Positions 30,479 to 39,814 of a stretch of 64,000 bases of DNA are shown in pieces. The stretch comes from a virus. The stretch's first letter is position 1. Each line of letters opens with the position of its first letter. The translations under genes and the position numbers were made by a program. The notes under the pieces are model-generated. The model was not told the origin of the DNA, did not search any database, and was given only the letters and a program-made list of their open reading frames with translations. The DNA lies in IMG/VR virus record IMGVR_UViG_3300020220_003756, positions 9,531-73,530 of that record. The stretch is one strand, 5' to 3'.

Positions 30479-30496
30479 ATTTAAGTGGGAAGATCT

Positions 30497-30862
30497 TTAA
30501 AATCCAAACATCTGGACGATAGCTGCTAAATCTACATGGGCCGCCCATCCCAGGGCAGCGATAGCACCTAGTCCTAGATACATCCATCTATTTTTAAAAT
30601 GCTCTATTTCTTCTATTTTCGCTGCCAACGCCGCGTGTGTTTTGCGATCCTCTTCGTGCAGAGAATTAGCATGCTCGTAAAATCTATCTCTATTTGTACG
30701 GTATTCGGTAAGCATTTCTTCCATTTTACCGTCTAACAGATCTCTAGTACGATCGAGACAATCATGCATGTCTTTGACATCGATTTTGAGATCGTCAATC
30801 TTTTCATCTATGTGCTGTACTTTGGTTTCCAGCACGCTCACTCGTTCTGCTACTACGGCCAT
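30497..30862 (-). CDS. Coiled-coil protein with C-terminal TM helix
   Basis: ERVSVLE heptads and terminal hydrophobic segment. Confidence 0.75.
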   Translation of the reverse strand: MAVVAERVSVLETKVQHIDEKIDDLKIDVKDMHDCLDRTRDLLDGKMEEMLTEYRTNRDRFYEHANSLHEEDRKTHAALAAKIEEIEHFKNRWMYLGLGAIAALGWAAHVDLAAIVQMFGF

Positions 30863-30959
30863 TCCGGCTCTCCTTAGGTTAAGTCAAGTGCTCGCTCCGA
30901 GCCATGTGCCTAAATTAAAGTCGCCTTAAATTTGCCTTTATAAAGTATATTTATCATGA

Positions 30960-31355
30960 TCACCGTGATTCACGTATCCAAATATTGATTTTAGAACCTC
31001 TAGTTTGGAACGCCGCAGGATCGATGATCGCTGTGTTATTTAGTCCGTCAACGACAGGCACACCATGGAGATCTGTTTTCAATAATCCCACTGGATCATC
31101 TGCTGTGGCATAGACTAGATCTCGTTCAGTTTCGAATTCCCATATCCAATAGGCAGCATGACCCTCGGCTGGGTCAGGCAATCTACCGGTCTCCATACAA
31201 GGATCTTTGGTCCAATCTATATTGGCACGTATACCGAGGGCTTGGAGGAGGCTGTTGAAATTAGCCTGTTGTCCTAGTTTGATCTTATCCGTCTCTGATC
31301 GTGAGGCCCGGCTTCTGGTGATATCTACTAGGGTTATGATTCGGTAGCGTTCCAT
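30960..31355 (-). CDS. Hypothetical protein
   Basis: 131-aa ORF behind TAAATA. Confidence 0.7.
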   Translation of the reverse strand: MERYRIITLVDITRSRASRSETDKIKLGQQANFNSLLQALGIRANIDWTKDPCMETGRLPDPAEGHAAYWIWEFETERDLVYATADDPVGLLKTDLHGVPVVDGLNNTAIIDPAAFQTRGSKINIWIRESR

Positions 31356-31378
31356 AATATGCTACTATTTACAGAGAT

Positions 31379-31406
31379 AAAAAAAGAGCGGAATAAATCC
31401 GCTCTT
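31379..31406 (-). terminator. Intrinsic terminator
   Basis: AAGAGCGGA-TTTAT-TCCGCTCTT plus T tract. Confidence 0.8.
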
Positions 31407-31430
31407 CCCTTCCCATCCCGAGGAATCTAA

Positions 31431-31841
31431 TTACTGTGCGTTAGCAAACAGAGGATAGCCTGTGGCTCTTGTTACTGTAGCACTACCTAAGTTCACAGAA
31501 TTGACTGTACCAAGACCTTGCACTTCGTCTTCTAAGTGTGCAGCCAATGTTTCTGAGTTGGTACCGTCATAGGTGTCAGTTCCGAACTCGCCCTCGATCA
31601 TCACGTCGAACATACGGCCTGCGCCAGAACCATTTGTTCTTAGTGCGCTTACGCCTACGATTGTTGTGATTCTAGACATTGCAGAAATGATTGCTTGAAA
31701 CGCACCGCCTGGACCCATGTTGGCTGATGATAGGTCTACTGCTGCTACAATGTCAACAGTGTACTTGTCAATGGTTTTACCTAAAAACGCACGACCACGT
31801 GTTGAGTCAATTGTTGGATTTACTTTTGTTACGACTGCCAT
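31431..31841 (-). CDS. Probable abundant virion protein
   Basis: Gly/Ala/Thr-rich; own TATAAATA box (31926-31919), strong SD and terminator. Confidence 0.65.
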   Translation of the reverse strand: MAVVTKVNPTIDSTRGRAFLGKTIDKYTVDIVAAVDLSSANMGPGGAFQAIISAMSRITTIVGVSALRTNGSGAGRMFDVMIEGEFGTDTYDGTNSETLAAHLEDEVQGLGTVNSVNLGSATVTRATGYPLFANAQ

Positions 31842-31946
31842 GATATTTTCTCCTTATCTCTAATATCTCAGTCCCGCTCCGGGACCGGCAATTATGAGAA
31901 TCGCCCGATTCTCATTAGTATTTATAGATTTTGGAAAAAAACGTGC

Positions 31947-33062
31947 TCAATCGGCTCTATATGGAGTCCAACGATCTCTAGGCACTAATTTTACAGCATC
32001 ATCGGTGCTCATGTAACCCTCACCCCCGGGCTTACCTCCTGTGTGAGCCACGATATCACCTTCAGCCTGGTCCAGTTCTCGTATAACTTCGTCTTTGGCT
32101 TTCATTAATTCTACTACCAGAGAAAACATTCCGTCCATCACGCCTGGATTGGTTTTGTCGAGGTCGGCGATTTTTGCCTGCTTGCCGGTGCTTACTTTGC
32201 TGTTCTGCAGCCACTGGAAAAAACTAGCCGAATCGATTTTATCTAAGGCCTTGGCCTTAGATTGATTGTTGACGAAGGTATAAATGATAGTCTGTAGATC
32301 TCCTAGTCCAGAGACCGGAGCCAATAGTTTGTCTACTTTAGGACCGATCTGATTAGCCAACTTTTCGATAACGCTGAGATTGTCGGCATTGACCGCAGGT
32401 TTCGTGGTCATATATGTTTGTCCAAACACCACCAGTTCTGGATTACCTGCGAATATTTCTGGCTCTGCGAAATCTTCACCTGATTTATCGCCGAAATATT
32501 CAAACACTTTATGTGCTGCCACTGCTACTTTAGCACCAGCGATGCGTCTTCCTATTTCACTCTGTCCCTTGACAGAATAGGTAGTCTGATTAGGAGTGAA
32601 ACTCATCTTTCCATCAGCGCCATCGTAGGGTTTTCCGGGATGGAATAATATATCCCCGTACACATAGCCGCGGAAATCTGCGGGGGTAGCCTTTTCGAAC
32701 ACGGGCCACATCGCAGCCATATCACCAGCGAACTTCTCGCGCCAATCTTCGCCCTTGCCTCTGCTCATGATGAAAGATTTAAGATCGTCTGGACTAGATG
32801 ATTTACCTTCTTCACGACCCCAGTTGTTCTTGCCCACCATGCGGAATGTGCCGTCGTCATCACGACCCCAATACACAGTGGGATTGCCATCCCACTTAAT
32901 AGATATCTTTTTCTCTGGTTGGCTTAACCCTTTAAGAACTTCTACGGCACGTCGAGCGCCGTTGGGTTCCGTGAACACTAGATCTTCGAGATGATTGAAC
33001 TCGCGGCCTACTTTCTTAGGAGCAGGCGCTTCGTTTTCTAATAGTAGTTCCCAGGCTCTCAT
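31947..33062 (-). CDS. Phage protein with ATP-dependent ligase-like motifs (DUF6267-like)
   Basis: HLEDL, KWDG (motif I-like), YGD (III-like), EGY (IV-like), VKLV (V-like); start set at MRAWELL. Confidence 0.65.
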   Translation of the reverse strand: MRAWELLLENEAPAPKKVGREFNHLEDLVFTEPNGARRAVEVLKGLSQPEKKISIKWDGNPTVYWGRDDDGTFRMVGKNNWGREEGKSSSPDDLKSFIMSRGKGEDWREKFAGDMAAMWPVFEKATPADFRGYVYGDILFHPGKPYDGADGKMSFTPNQTTYSVKGQSEIGRRIAGAKVAVAAHKVFEYFGDKSGEDFAEPEIFAGNPELVVFGQTYMTTKPAVNADNLSVIEKLANQIGPKVDKLLAPVSGLGDLQTIIYTFVNNQSKAKALDKIDSASFFQWLQNSKVSTGKQAKIADLDKTNPGVMDGMFSLVVELMKAKDEVIRELDQAEGDIVAHTGGKPGGEGYMSTDDAVKLVPRDRWTPYRAD

Positions 33063-33847
33063 TTTACGATATCTATGATTCTGCGCATCCAACCTATAGT
33101 GCCCGGTTGATAATTTTCTACCATTTCATTCTTGGGAAGTTCGATTCCCGAACGTCCTAGAGTTTCTCGGGCAGCCGCGACTAATTCTTCATAGTTGGGT
33201 AATTTTTTTATGTACGCGATGATATTTTCTACAGAACGTATATCTTTAACCGTGGCGGTCTTGCCTAGCAGGGTTTTTGCTATGGTATTCCAATCATCCC
33301 CTCCTGGAACTGTTTCGTCAGTTTCTACATTCATGAGACCAAATTTGGGGGAATATTTCATTCCTCTTGCCCTGGCAATGCTACTTAATAGTATATGACG
33401 ATGTTCTCCGCGGAAAGGGCTATCTGGTCCGCTGCCTAGCATGCTACCTTGTTGGAATTTAGGATTGGCTGAAAACATGAAGTCTGTCTGCGCAAACCCG
33501 TTTGCAGGATCTCCGTTGATAGGAGTTTTTAAGTGTACATTATCTCCGCTCAATTTCACAGACTCTTTTCCGAATATAGTTCTCAGTTTGTCTGCGAATT
33601 CTGTCTTGTTGATTTCGTTGGCATCTACTGAAAGATCGAGGTCTCCGCTGTCGGCTTTGCGTCCCGTGGTACCTAACCATTTGATAGGTACTCCTTCTTC
33701 ATCCTTGTCAGTTGAAAAATCGACTGCTGTTTCCTTTTCTAGATAGGCGATAGTGGTAGGGATTTCTGATCTAGTGATCCTGCGGGTCAGAGGCTGTTTA
33801 TCCGCATCTTTAAATATGTTTCCTCCTTCGAATACATTATTCTTCAT
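33059..33847 (-). CDS. Pol-beta-superfamily nucleotidyltransferase-like protein
   Basis: LGTTG..ADSGDLDL and downstream QTDF third aspartate. Confidence 0.65.
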   Translation of the reverse strand: MKNNVFEGGNIFKDADKQPLTRRITRSEIPTTIAYLEKETAVDFSTDKDEEGVPIKWLGTTGRKADSGDLDLSVDANEINKTEFADKLRTIFGKESVKLSGDNVHLKTPINGDPANGFAQTDFMFSANPKFQQGSMLGSGPDSPFRGEHRHILLSSIARARGMKYSPKFGLMNVETDETVPGGDDWNTIAKTLLGKTATVKDIRSVENIIAYIKKLPNYEELVAAARETLGRSGIELPKNEMVENYQPGTIGWMRRIIDIVK

Positions 33848-34124
33848 TTTTGGATTCTTCTAATTTTCGTTTCTGTCTGCGATCTTCTGCGATCCTTCGC
33901 ACTCCTCGCACGAATTTGCTGGGATCTTGACCCTTGACAGCATTTATCAATCTACGCTCTAGTTCGTGGGCCTGATCTGGTTCATAATGTTTATGGATGC
34001 TTTCTAATAGGTTGATAGCAGAGTTGATGATATTAGTGGCTCTGCTTTCGATTAAAGCGTCAGTGCTGCGCACTTCGGCTATGCTGTTTAATTCCTGTAG
34101 AATGCTTCTGGTTTTAAGTTTCAT
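33837..34124 (-). CDS. Hypothetical protein
   Basis: 95 aa, behind TAAATA at 34151-34146. Confidence 0.7.
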   Translation of the reverse strand: MKLKTRSILQELNSIAEVRSTDALIESRATNIINSAINLLESIHKHYEPDQAHELERRLINAVKGQDPSKFVRGVRRIAEDRRQKRKLEESKNEE

Positions 34125-34259
34125 ATAAGTCTCGACTATACGATGTATTTAACTGATTTGATATCAATATTACAACATGTTTAATCTAATGTCAAATCTC
34201 AGTATTTTGTGCGGTCGCACATGTCTCAGTATAAATACTGATACACAGGAGATACACAG

Positions 34260-34382
34260 ATGATCAAAAACTTTTTCAAATCTTTCATAGATTTTATCAC
34301 AGACGCACAAATGCGTAGAGCAGAGCAAGTCCTTGCCTACTACAAGAAAAATGGAACGCTAGGGGCTAGGGTATGGCGATGA
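34260..34382 (+). CDS. 40-aa hypothetical peptide
   Basis: TATAAATA at 34230-34237, AGGAG SD, MIKNFFKSFIDFITDAQMRRAEQ... Confidence 0.6.
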   Translation: MIKNFFKSFIDFITDAQMRRAEQVLAYYKKNGTLGARVWR

Positions 34383-34498
34383 AATGGATGATAGCTCTTT
34401 TTGATTCTATAATGCTGGCTAGAGAAGCAGTCACACTGACCCGACAGAACAAGTATGAAGAAGTGAGGAAACTGATGCTAGGCGAGAAGCGTGTTTGA
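34379..34498 (+). CDS. 39-aa hypothetical peptide
   Basis: ATGA-coupled to previous ORF. Confidence 0.45.
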   Translation: MKWMIALFDSIMLAREAVTLTRQNKYEEVRKLMLGEKRV

Positions 34499-34671
34499 AC
34501 GTTATCTAGCACTTTGGGATCCTTGGGTAGAATACTATTGCAAAGTAAGATTCGGTCCGAGTTGGCGTTGGTATTACCTCAATTGGGAAAATAACAGAGA
34601 ATTTTTACCATAAATAATCTTGTTTTACGAAAATAAAGATATATAATAGTAAGACACACACGGAGATCATA

Positions 34672-34914
34672 ATGTTCACCCCAGAGTTTTTTATAGACAT
34701 CATACAGAACACCAAACGCTCTGTATCCAGACGCATCATTCAAGACGAACAACTACAACGAATAGCAGATCGTTATCTAGATGCACAGACAGATTTCGCC
34801 AAGATGATAGTGCTCAATGCCATCGATCTGGCTAAGTATTCTTTGGATCAATGCGGTCCTAAGAAGGAGCAGGCTTCACGGGCTCCCTACAAAGTAGAAA
34901 AAGAAGCCAACTAA
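34672..34914 (+). CDS. Hypothetical protein
   Basis: 80 aa, GGAG SD. Confidence 0.7.
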   Translation: MFTPEFFIDIIQNTKRSVSRRIIQDEQLQRIADRYLDAQTDFAKMIVLNAIDLAKYSLDQCGPKKEQASRAPYKVEKEAN

Positions 34915-34939
34915 GACATACACACACAAGGAGAAAATT

Positions 34940-35218
34940 ATGTCAAATACATTTATTGTACCAGAAGTAAAAGCACCCGAAGTCAAGTTCAACAAGAACG
35001 GCTATGAGATCCGTACAGAGATCCTCAAAGAAGCCAAAGACATCGTTGCACAAGAGTTCACCTACAAATGGCAGGGTTGGGAAATGTCAGCCCAGCGCGA
35101 TGACAAAACTGGTCAGATCGTTACCACAGTAGGTATGCCTGAATTTCCAGGTCTAGACAAAGTTCTAGAAACTGCTGAAAAGATGTATGCTTTCGTTAAT
35201 CAAGGTGTCAAGAAATAA
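34940..35218 (+). CDS. Conserved phage hypothetical protein
   Basis: KNGYEIRTEILKEAKD...AEKMYAFV; strong SD. Confidence 0.75.
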   Translation: MSNTFIVPEVKAPEVKFNKNGYEIRTEILKEAKDIVAQEFTYKWQGWEMSAQRDDKTGQIVTTVGMPEFPGLDKVLETAEKMYAFVNQGVKK

Positions 35219-35247
35219 TATCGTCTGCGTAGCAGAATTATAGAATA

Positions 35248-35269
35248 GAAACCTCCTTCGGGAGGTTTC
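35248..35269. terminator. Hairpin between convergent genes
   Basis: GAAACCTCC-TTCG-GGAGGTTTC. Confidence 0.75.
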
Positions 35270-35272
35270 GTC

Positions 35273-35578
35273 TTATTCAGCAGTAGACTTAAAATCGTTG
35301 TAAATCTTAACGATATCTAAAGTCGACGGATCGCTGTTTTTTTCTTTAGGCAATGGTAGATTTTGCCATTCGTCTTCTGTGATATCAGTGACGATCATTA
35401 GTTTGTATGGATGGCCGTCCGACCCGTATAGTGTGATAGTTTCTAAGCCTACTGCACCATCTGCGGCCTGTTCTAGTTTCTTTGCTAAGGCTCTAAGTCC
35501 TCTGCGTTCTGCTACGATATAGCCTGTGCCGTTAGGCTCTTTGTGTGGATATAGATGTACTCTGCTCATTGTTCTCAT
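35273..35578 (-). CDS. Hypothetical protein
   Basis: 101-aa ORF. Confidence 0.65.
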   Translation of the reverse strand: MRTMSRVHLYPHKEPNGTGYIVAERRGLRALAKKLEQAADGAVGLETITLYGSDGHPYKLMIVTDITEDEWQNLPLPKEKNSDPSTLDIVKIYNDFKSTAE

Positions 35579-35648
35579 TTTACATGTCTCACTTGATCTA
35601 GATTGAATTTCTTATGTTTATATACTGTAACATATTTTTATCCTTTTG

Positions 35649-35816
35649 TTAGTAACGAAACGCACTGTCAGATCTATATTCGCATTTTGCTTTGACGATC
35701 CTAGTATCTTTAGCCACCACTGCCAGATCCGCTCGGCATTGAGCCTCCAATGCGTAAGCAGCGATCCTAGATTCGGTAGGGGCATTGAAAGCCCAGACAA
35801 CATACATTATCCACAT
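35649..35816 (-). CDS. 55-aa two-cysteine peptide (not in ORF track)
   Basis: MWIMYVVWAFNAPTESRIAAYALEAQC...KCEYR; GGAG SD; same layout as 63272-63451. Confidence 0.5.
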   Translation of the reverse strand: MWIMYVVWAFNAPTESRIAAYALEAQCRADLAVVAKDTRIVKAKCEYRSDSAFRY

Positions 35817-36031
35817 TCTCCAACTCCGAAATGTTCTTTAATCAAACTTGCCGCAAGGTCTTCATCAAAAGGAAAAGGTTCACCTTTCCATTTCTGTAAA
35901 ACTTCGGCACATTCCCGCACAATCAACTCAGCGAACTTATGAGTATCAAAGTGTAATTGTCCGTCTACTAGAGCACCCTCTACACGATGGCTCCAGCATT
36001 GTTTTTCTAGTTCTTGAATTCGTTCGTTCAT
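35807..36031 (-). CDS. Small phage protein of the MNERI...KFAELIVREC...IKEHFGV type
   Basis: Recognisable sequence pattern; 5' end duplicated at 9668-9692. Confidence 0.75.
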   Translation of the reverse strand: MNERIQELEKQCWSHRVEGALVDGQLHFDTHKFAELIVRECAEVLQKWKGEPFPFDEDLAASLIKEHFGVGECG

Positions 36032-36264
36032 GCGCTACTCCAGTCATTATTGGTAGTCTTTGGTTTGTTTTCTTCTTTTACTTGATCGATAAGTTTCTGT
36101 ATAGGAAGTTCATGTGCAGGTTTGGGTTGTTTTCGATGTTGTATTTTTTTGTATATCTCTACAGGCACAGTCCATATGAGTATATAAATCAATAGACCCG
36201 TGCCTACAATCGGTCCCCAGACAAACATAAAAATCCATTTGAATATGTCAATTGCTTTGTCCAT
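36028..36264 (-). CDS. Hypothetical membrane protein
   Basis: 78 aa, coupled on both sides. Confidence 0.65.
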   Translation of the reverse strand: MDKAIDIFKWIFMFVWGPIVGTGLLIYILIWTVPVEIYKKIQHRKQPKPAHELPIQKLIDQVKEENKPKTTNNDWSSA

Positions 36265-36626
36265 CAGATATTCTTAGCCAGTTTTTGTCGCTGTTCATCA
36301 CTCATCTCGAAATCTCTTTGAGCACGATCCGGTTGACGCAGTTGATCATATTTTGGCCGTTCTGGATACTGTTTCTGCACAGTCTTGATCACCAACCAAG
36401 TTATGAACGCCATGCTGACGATGGCCATGTGTCCAAACACATTGTAGCCTAGATACCACATTTCACCAGCATACAAGGTAAATGCCAGGGCCCAAAAACA
36501 TGCTAGCATGATGCTGGCGATGTATTTGATCTGCATGGGAGCATTTTTCAAACCATTGAAGTTGGGATCCAACAGTTGCCAAAAGGTCCTAAACAGTAAG
36601 CGTAAAAATTTGTATAATCCGTACAT
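36264..36626 (-). CDS. Hypothetical membrane protein, paralogue of 8088-8450
   Basis: Near-identical 120-aa protein. Confidence 0.85.
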   Translation of the reverse strand: MYGLYKFLRLLFRTFWQLLDPNFNGLKNAPMQIKYIASIMLACFWALAFTLYAGEMWYLGYNVFGHMAIVSMAFITWLVIKTVQKQYPERPKYDQLRQPDRAQRDFEMSDEQRQKLAKNI

Positions 36627-36636
36627 GATTATCCTT

Positions 36637-36771
36637 TCAGTGACATTCGGAATCGTAATACTGGCAGAACCAAAAATGCCATGCGAGATGTTGGTCCCTC
36701 ACGGACCACAGTCCTGCTATGATAAGTGCAGTGATGCCGCATATGATGGCGGCGGCTATATAACCCCTCAT
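36637..36771 (-). CDS. 44-aa membrane peptide, paralogue of 8461-8595
   Basis: MRGYIAAAIICGITALIIAGLWSVRDQHLAWHFWFCQYYDSECH. Confidence 0.8.
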   Translation of the reverse strand: MRGYIAAAIICGITALIIAGLWSVRDQHLAWHFWFCQYYDSECH

Positions 36772-38435
36772 TTAATCTCCTCTAGAGTGAACTTCTTGTG
36801 CTTGTATACTGTAACATATTCCGAATTGTTTTTGTAGCCCAATCTGCCCGATCCCCATAAGATTGGATGATCGTGGAATGAAATGGCATGAGGAACCACT
36901 ACATCTAGATAACGACCGTTGCCCGTGCCCAGTGTGACGAATGTGATGTACTCTCGAGGTTTGGATTTGAACACGCGATAGTTAGCGACCAATCCACAGA
37001 ACTCTACAGATCCTGGTTTTCTTATCTCTTGGCACACAGGTATGAATCTCTCTGATCGCCAGCGGCCAGTCTTCATGAGATCGTCTACCTCACCGCCTTC
37101 ACCTATGGCAGGCACAGCGCCCGCCAGTTTGGCTTCTTGATGATAGACCCAGCGAGCATATGATCCTTGGCAGTGTTTCAGTGCTGCCTGCCAGAACCGT
37201 TCCGGATTATGTGCCTTCTGATAGGCCAAGGCCCAGATCAATCTACCTAGATTTATCGCATGGGCACGACATAGGCCAAAATGGCTTAACTCTCGCAGGG
37301 CGGCAAACACATCGTCCTTGCGGGGATGATTACCTACCAACTGCATGAACTCAAACATCTTTTCTTCGTTCTTCTTGGCGAATGCTCTGCGCCACATGTC
37401 TGCGGTGTATTGGTCGCAGCCTAGGATCTCCGATATTAGTTCTATGGCATCATCCTCGAACACGATAGTTTCATCGAAGTTGTCTTTGGACCAGTCCTGG
37501 AAGAACGATGCTTTCCGGCGGCCCATGGTAGCCACAGGGCGTATCAGTGCTGTGCCTAGTACACAGTCGGCACGACTCTTAGGACGGATAGCACGGAACA
37601 GTCTCTTCATCGCCGGCGACTCTGCCTGTGTAACTCCTAGAACATCTCCACGGCTCAGCAATTCGGCAGTGGCTTCATCCTCTTCTGGATAGTCTAATAA
37701 GTCACGCTGTTCTATTTCCCACAGTTGGCTCAGTCCGCGATTGGCCAGTATATCTATCTTAAAATGCTCTAGGTCTTCTATCTCATATTTGTCTAGCAGG
37801 ATTTGATTATCGCCGTTGATTAGACTCTTAGGTACTGAACGATCAAATATCAGTATGCCGCCACAGTGTTTTGATATGCAGCGTTTCTTGCCTAAAAGTT
37901 TATTGGCCAGACGCTGTGCTTCCTCTACGAAACTCTTGTCAATGACGTTTTCTAGTTTGAAGTTGCGTTTCAGCGTGCCTTTGGCACCATAGCGTTTGGC
38001 TGCTTCTCTCAGTGCAGATTTTTCTTTATAGGTCACATAGTTTGACACACGAGCACTCTGTCCTGGCCAGTGTTTGAATATGCGATTCATCACTGTTTCC
38101 TGCTGCCAATGTGGGAAATCTAAGTCGATGTCGGGTAGGTCATCGCGCTTGGGATTCATGAAGCGTGATAAGGGTATATGTTCTTTAATTGGATCTACAT
38201 CAGATATATCTAACAGCCAACAGATCAAACTGCTGCCTGCAGATCCTCTGGTTATGTGGGGGATATCTCTAGTGAGATTCAGTATCTCTACTACTCGTAG
38301 AAAGTGTTTGGCGAAACCCAATCGTGCTATGATTTCTAGTTCTTCTGCTAGCCTATCTGCGTATGCTTGGCCTTGGGGTACGTCTCTGACAAACTTGCCT
38401 ACCAGTGTTTCTAGTTCTTTGTATCTTGCTTCCAT
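36768..38435 (-). CDS. dnaE: Compact family C DNA polymerase (DnaE-like, no PHP domain)
   Basis: RGSAGSSL, RFMNPKR..LPDIDLDF, SKHCGG, KIDIL, GVTQAES, ALIRP, C-terminal OB-like region. Confidence 0.88.
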   Translation of the reverse strand: MEARYKELETLVGKFVRDVPQGQAYADRLAEELEIIARLGFAKHFLRVVEILNLTRDIPHITRGSAGSSLICWLLDISDVDPIKEHIPLSRFMNPKRDDLPDIDLDFPHWQQETVMNRIFKHWPGQSARVSNYVTYKEKSALREAAKRYGAKGTLKRNFKLENVIDKSFVEEAQRLANKLLGKKRCISKHCGGILIFDRSVPKSLINGDNQILLDKYEIEDLEHFKIDILANRGLSQLWEIEQRDLLDYPEEDEATAELLSRGDVLGVTQAESPAMKRLFRAIRPKSRADCVLGTALIRPVATMGRRKASFFQDWSKDNFDETIVFEDDAIELISEILGCDQYTADMWRRAFAKKNEEKMFEFMQLVGNHPRKDDVFAALRELSHFGLCRAHAINLGRLIWALAYQKAHNPERFWQAALKHCQGSYARWVYHQEAKLAGAVPAIGEGGEVDDLMKTGRWRSERFIPVCQEIRKPGSVEFCGLVANYRVFKSKPREYITFVTLGTGNGRYLDVVVPHAISFHDHPILWGSGRLGYKNNSEYVTVYKHKKFTLEEIK

Positions 38436-38477
38436 ATCTGCCTCTCGTTGCCTTAGGCAGATATTTATTGTGAAAGA

Positions 38478-39188
38478 TCAGTTGGTTTTTCTTATTTTGG
38501 CTAGATTGAAAAACTCTAAGATTAGTATATAGATCCATCCTATGTCTATTTCATACCAGCGTTGTTTGAACTTAGCAGAGGCACCATCTGCGTGATGATT
38601 ATTATGTAGTTCTTCACCACCTATCCATACAGCCCAAGGCCAAAGATTACGGCTAGTATCTTTGGTGTCTGTGTTGCGATATCCCCACCAATGGCTCAGT
38701 CCGTTGATAACTCCTGCTGCCCAGAAAGGTATCCACAGCATTTGAACACCCCAGACCACGAATCCCACAGGACCAAAAAGAGCAAGATCTATGATCAACA
38801 TTATGAGAATCCCTAGGCGACTGTGTGGGGTGTATAAGTTTTCTTCTATCCAGTCGTTGGGCGTACCTGTGCCCAGTTCCTGTAGAAGTATTTTATTTTT
38901 TGCTGCTTTGACATAGAGCAAGGCACCACCAAACAGCACACGCCAGATACCACATATCTGAGGTGAGTGCGGATCTCCTTCTTGGTCGCTGCGTTGATGA
39001 TGTTTACGATGTATGGCCACCCATTCTTTTGTGACCATGCCTGTGGTTAGCCATAACCAAAAACGCATAAAGTGTGCTACCGCAGGATGGAACTGCACTG
39101 CTCTGTGTGCCTGGCTACGATGTAGATACAGAGTAACACAGGCTATGGTGATTTGTACCATCACCAAGGTATATATGATTGTTAACAT
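38478..39188 (-). CDS. Membrane fatty acid (delta-9 type) desaturase
   Basis: His boxes HRSQAH, HRKHH, HNNHH. Confidence 0.93.
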   Translation of the reverse strand: MLTIIYTLVMVQITIACVTLYLHRSQAHRAVQFHPAVAHFMRFWLWLTTGMVTKEWVAIHRKHHQRSDQEGDPHSPQICGIWRVLFGGALLYVKAAKNKILLQELGTGTPNDWIEENLYTPHSRLGILIMLIIDLALFGPVGFVVWGVQMLWIPFWAAGVINGLSHWWGYRNTDTKDTSRNLWPWAVWIGGEELHNNHHADGASAKFKQRWYEIDIGWIYILILEFFNLAKIRKTN

Positions 39189-39814
39189 TAGTAGTTACCT
39201 GAGGCTAAAACTATTTTACAGATATGTTCCAGTCGCTCGATATGTTCGAAGGATCTCCATGGAGATTGATCTATGGCTACAACCCCGTGACCTTTGATAC
39301 CTACGATATCGTACTTAATCTCACCTGTAGTTTCATTTAAACCCAAGTTTTTGTGACACTGATCTCCTAGTTCCTGTGATATAGGAGGAACATCACCTAC
39401 GTTCGTTGCTACCCTTGTATATCGACTAAGTTCTGGAAAATCTTTTACTAGTTCACTTAATTCTATACCGGCATGCATAGCGGCCACACAATAAGTCGGA
39501 TGAAGGTGTGTTACAACTCTAACTTCATCTTTATGAATAGATTTTTGTAGTCCAAAATGTAAAGGCATTTCTCCTGTGGGCTTTAGTCCCTGTGAGATAT
39601 CGCTGTAGGGCATCTCTTGCCATAATGTAACAGGACCTTTTAAAATTTTTATCTTCTTAAATTGGTCTGGTTGTAGTGTCTGTTTGCGAACACCACTGGG
39701 TGTGACATAAAAATGATCGCGGTCGTGATGACGGATACTGATATTACCATCACGACTCGTAATCCAATTACGCTTATATGCCTCTACTAGAATATCACAG
39801 ATAGTTTCTAACAT
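39188..39814 (-). CDS. Class II aldolase/adducin family protein
   Basis: DGNISIR, TPSG, EMPLH, HLHP, GHG. Confidence 0.88.
   Translation of the reverse strand: MLETICDILVEAYKRNWITSRDGNISIRHHDRDHFYVTPSGVRKQTLQPDQFKKIKILKGPVTLWQEMPYSDISQGLKPTGEMPLHFGLQKSIHKDEVRVVTHLHPTYCVAAMHAGIELSELVKDFPELSRYTRVATNVGDVPPISQELGDQCHKNLGLNETTGEIKYDIVGIKGHGVVAIDQSPWRSFEHIERLEHICKIVLASGNY

Noticed and set aside
8088-36796. Diversity-generating retroelement template/variable repeat pair
   Set aside because: Differences between the duplicated copies are not confined to adenines and no reverse transcriptase is present in the window.
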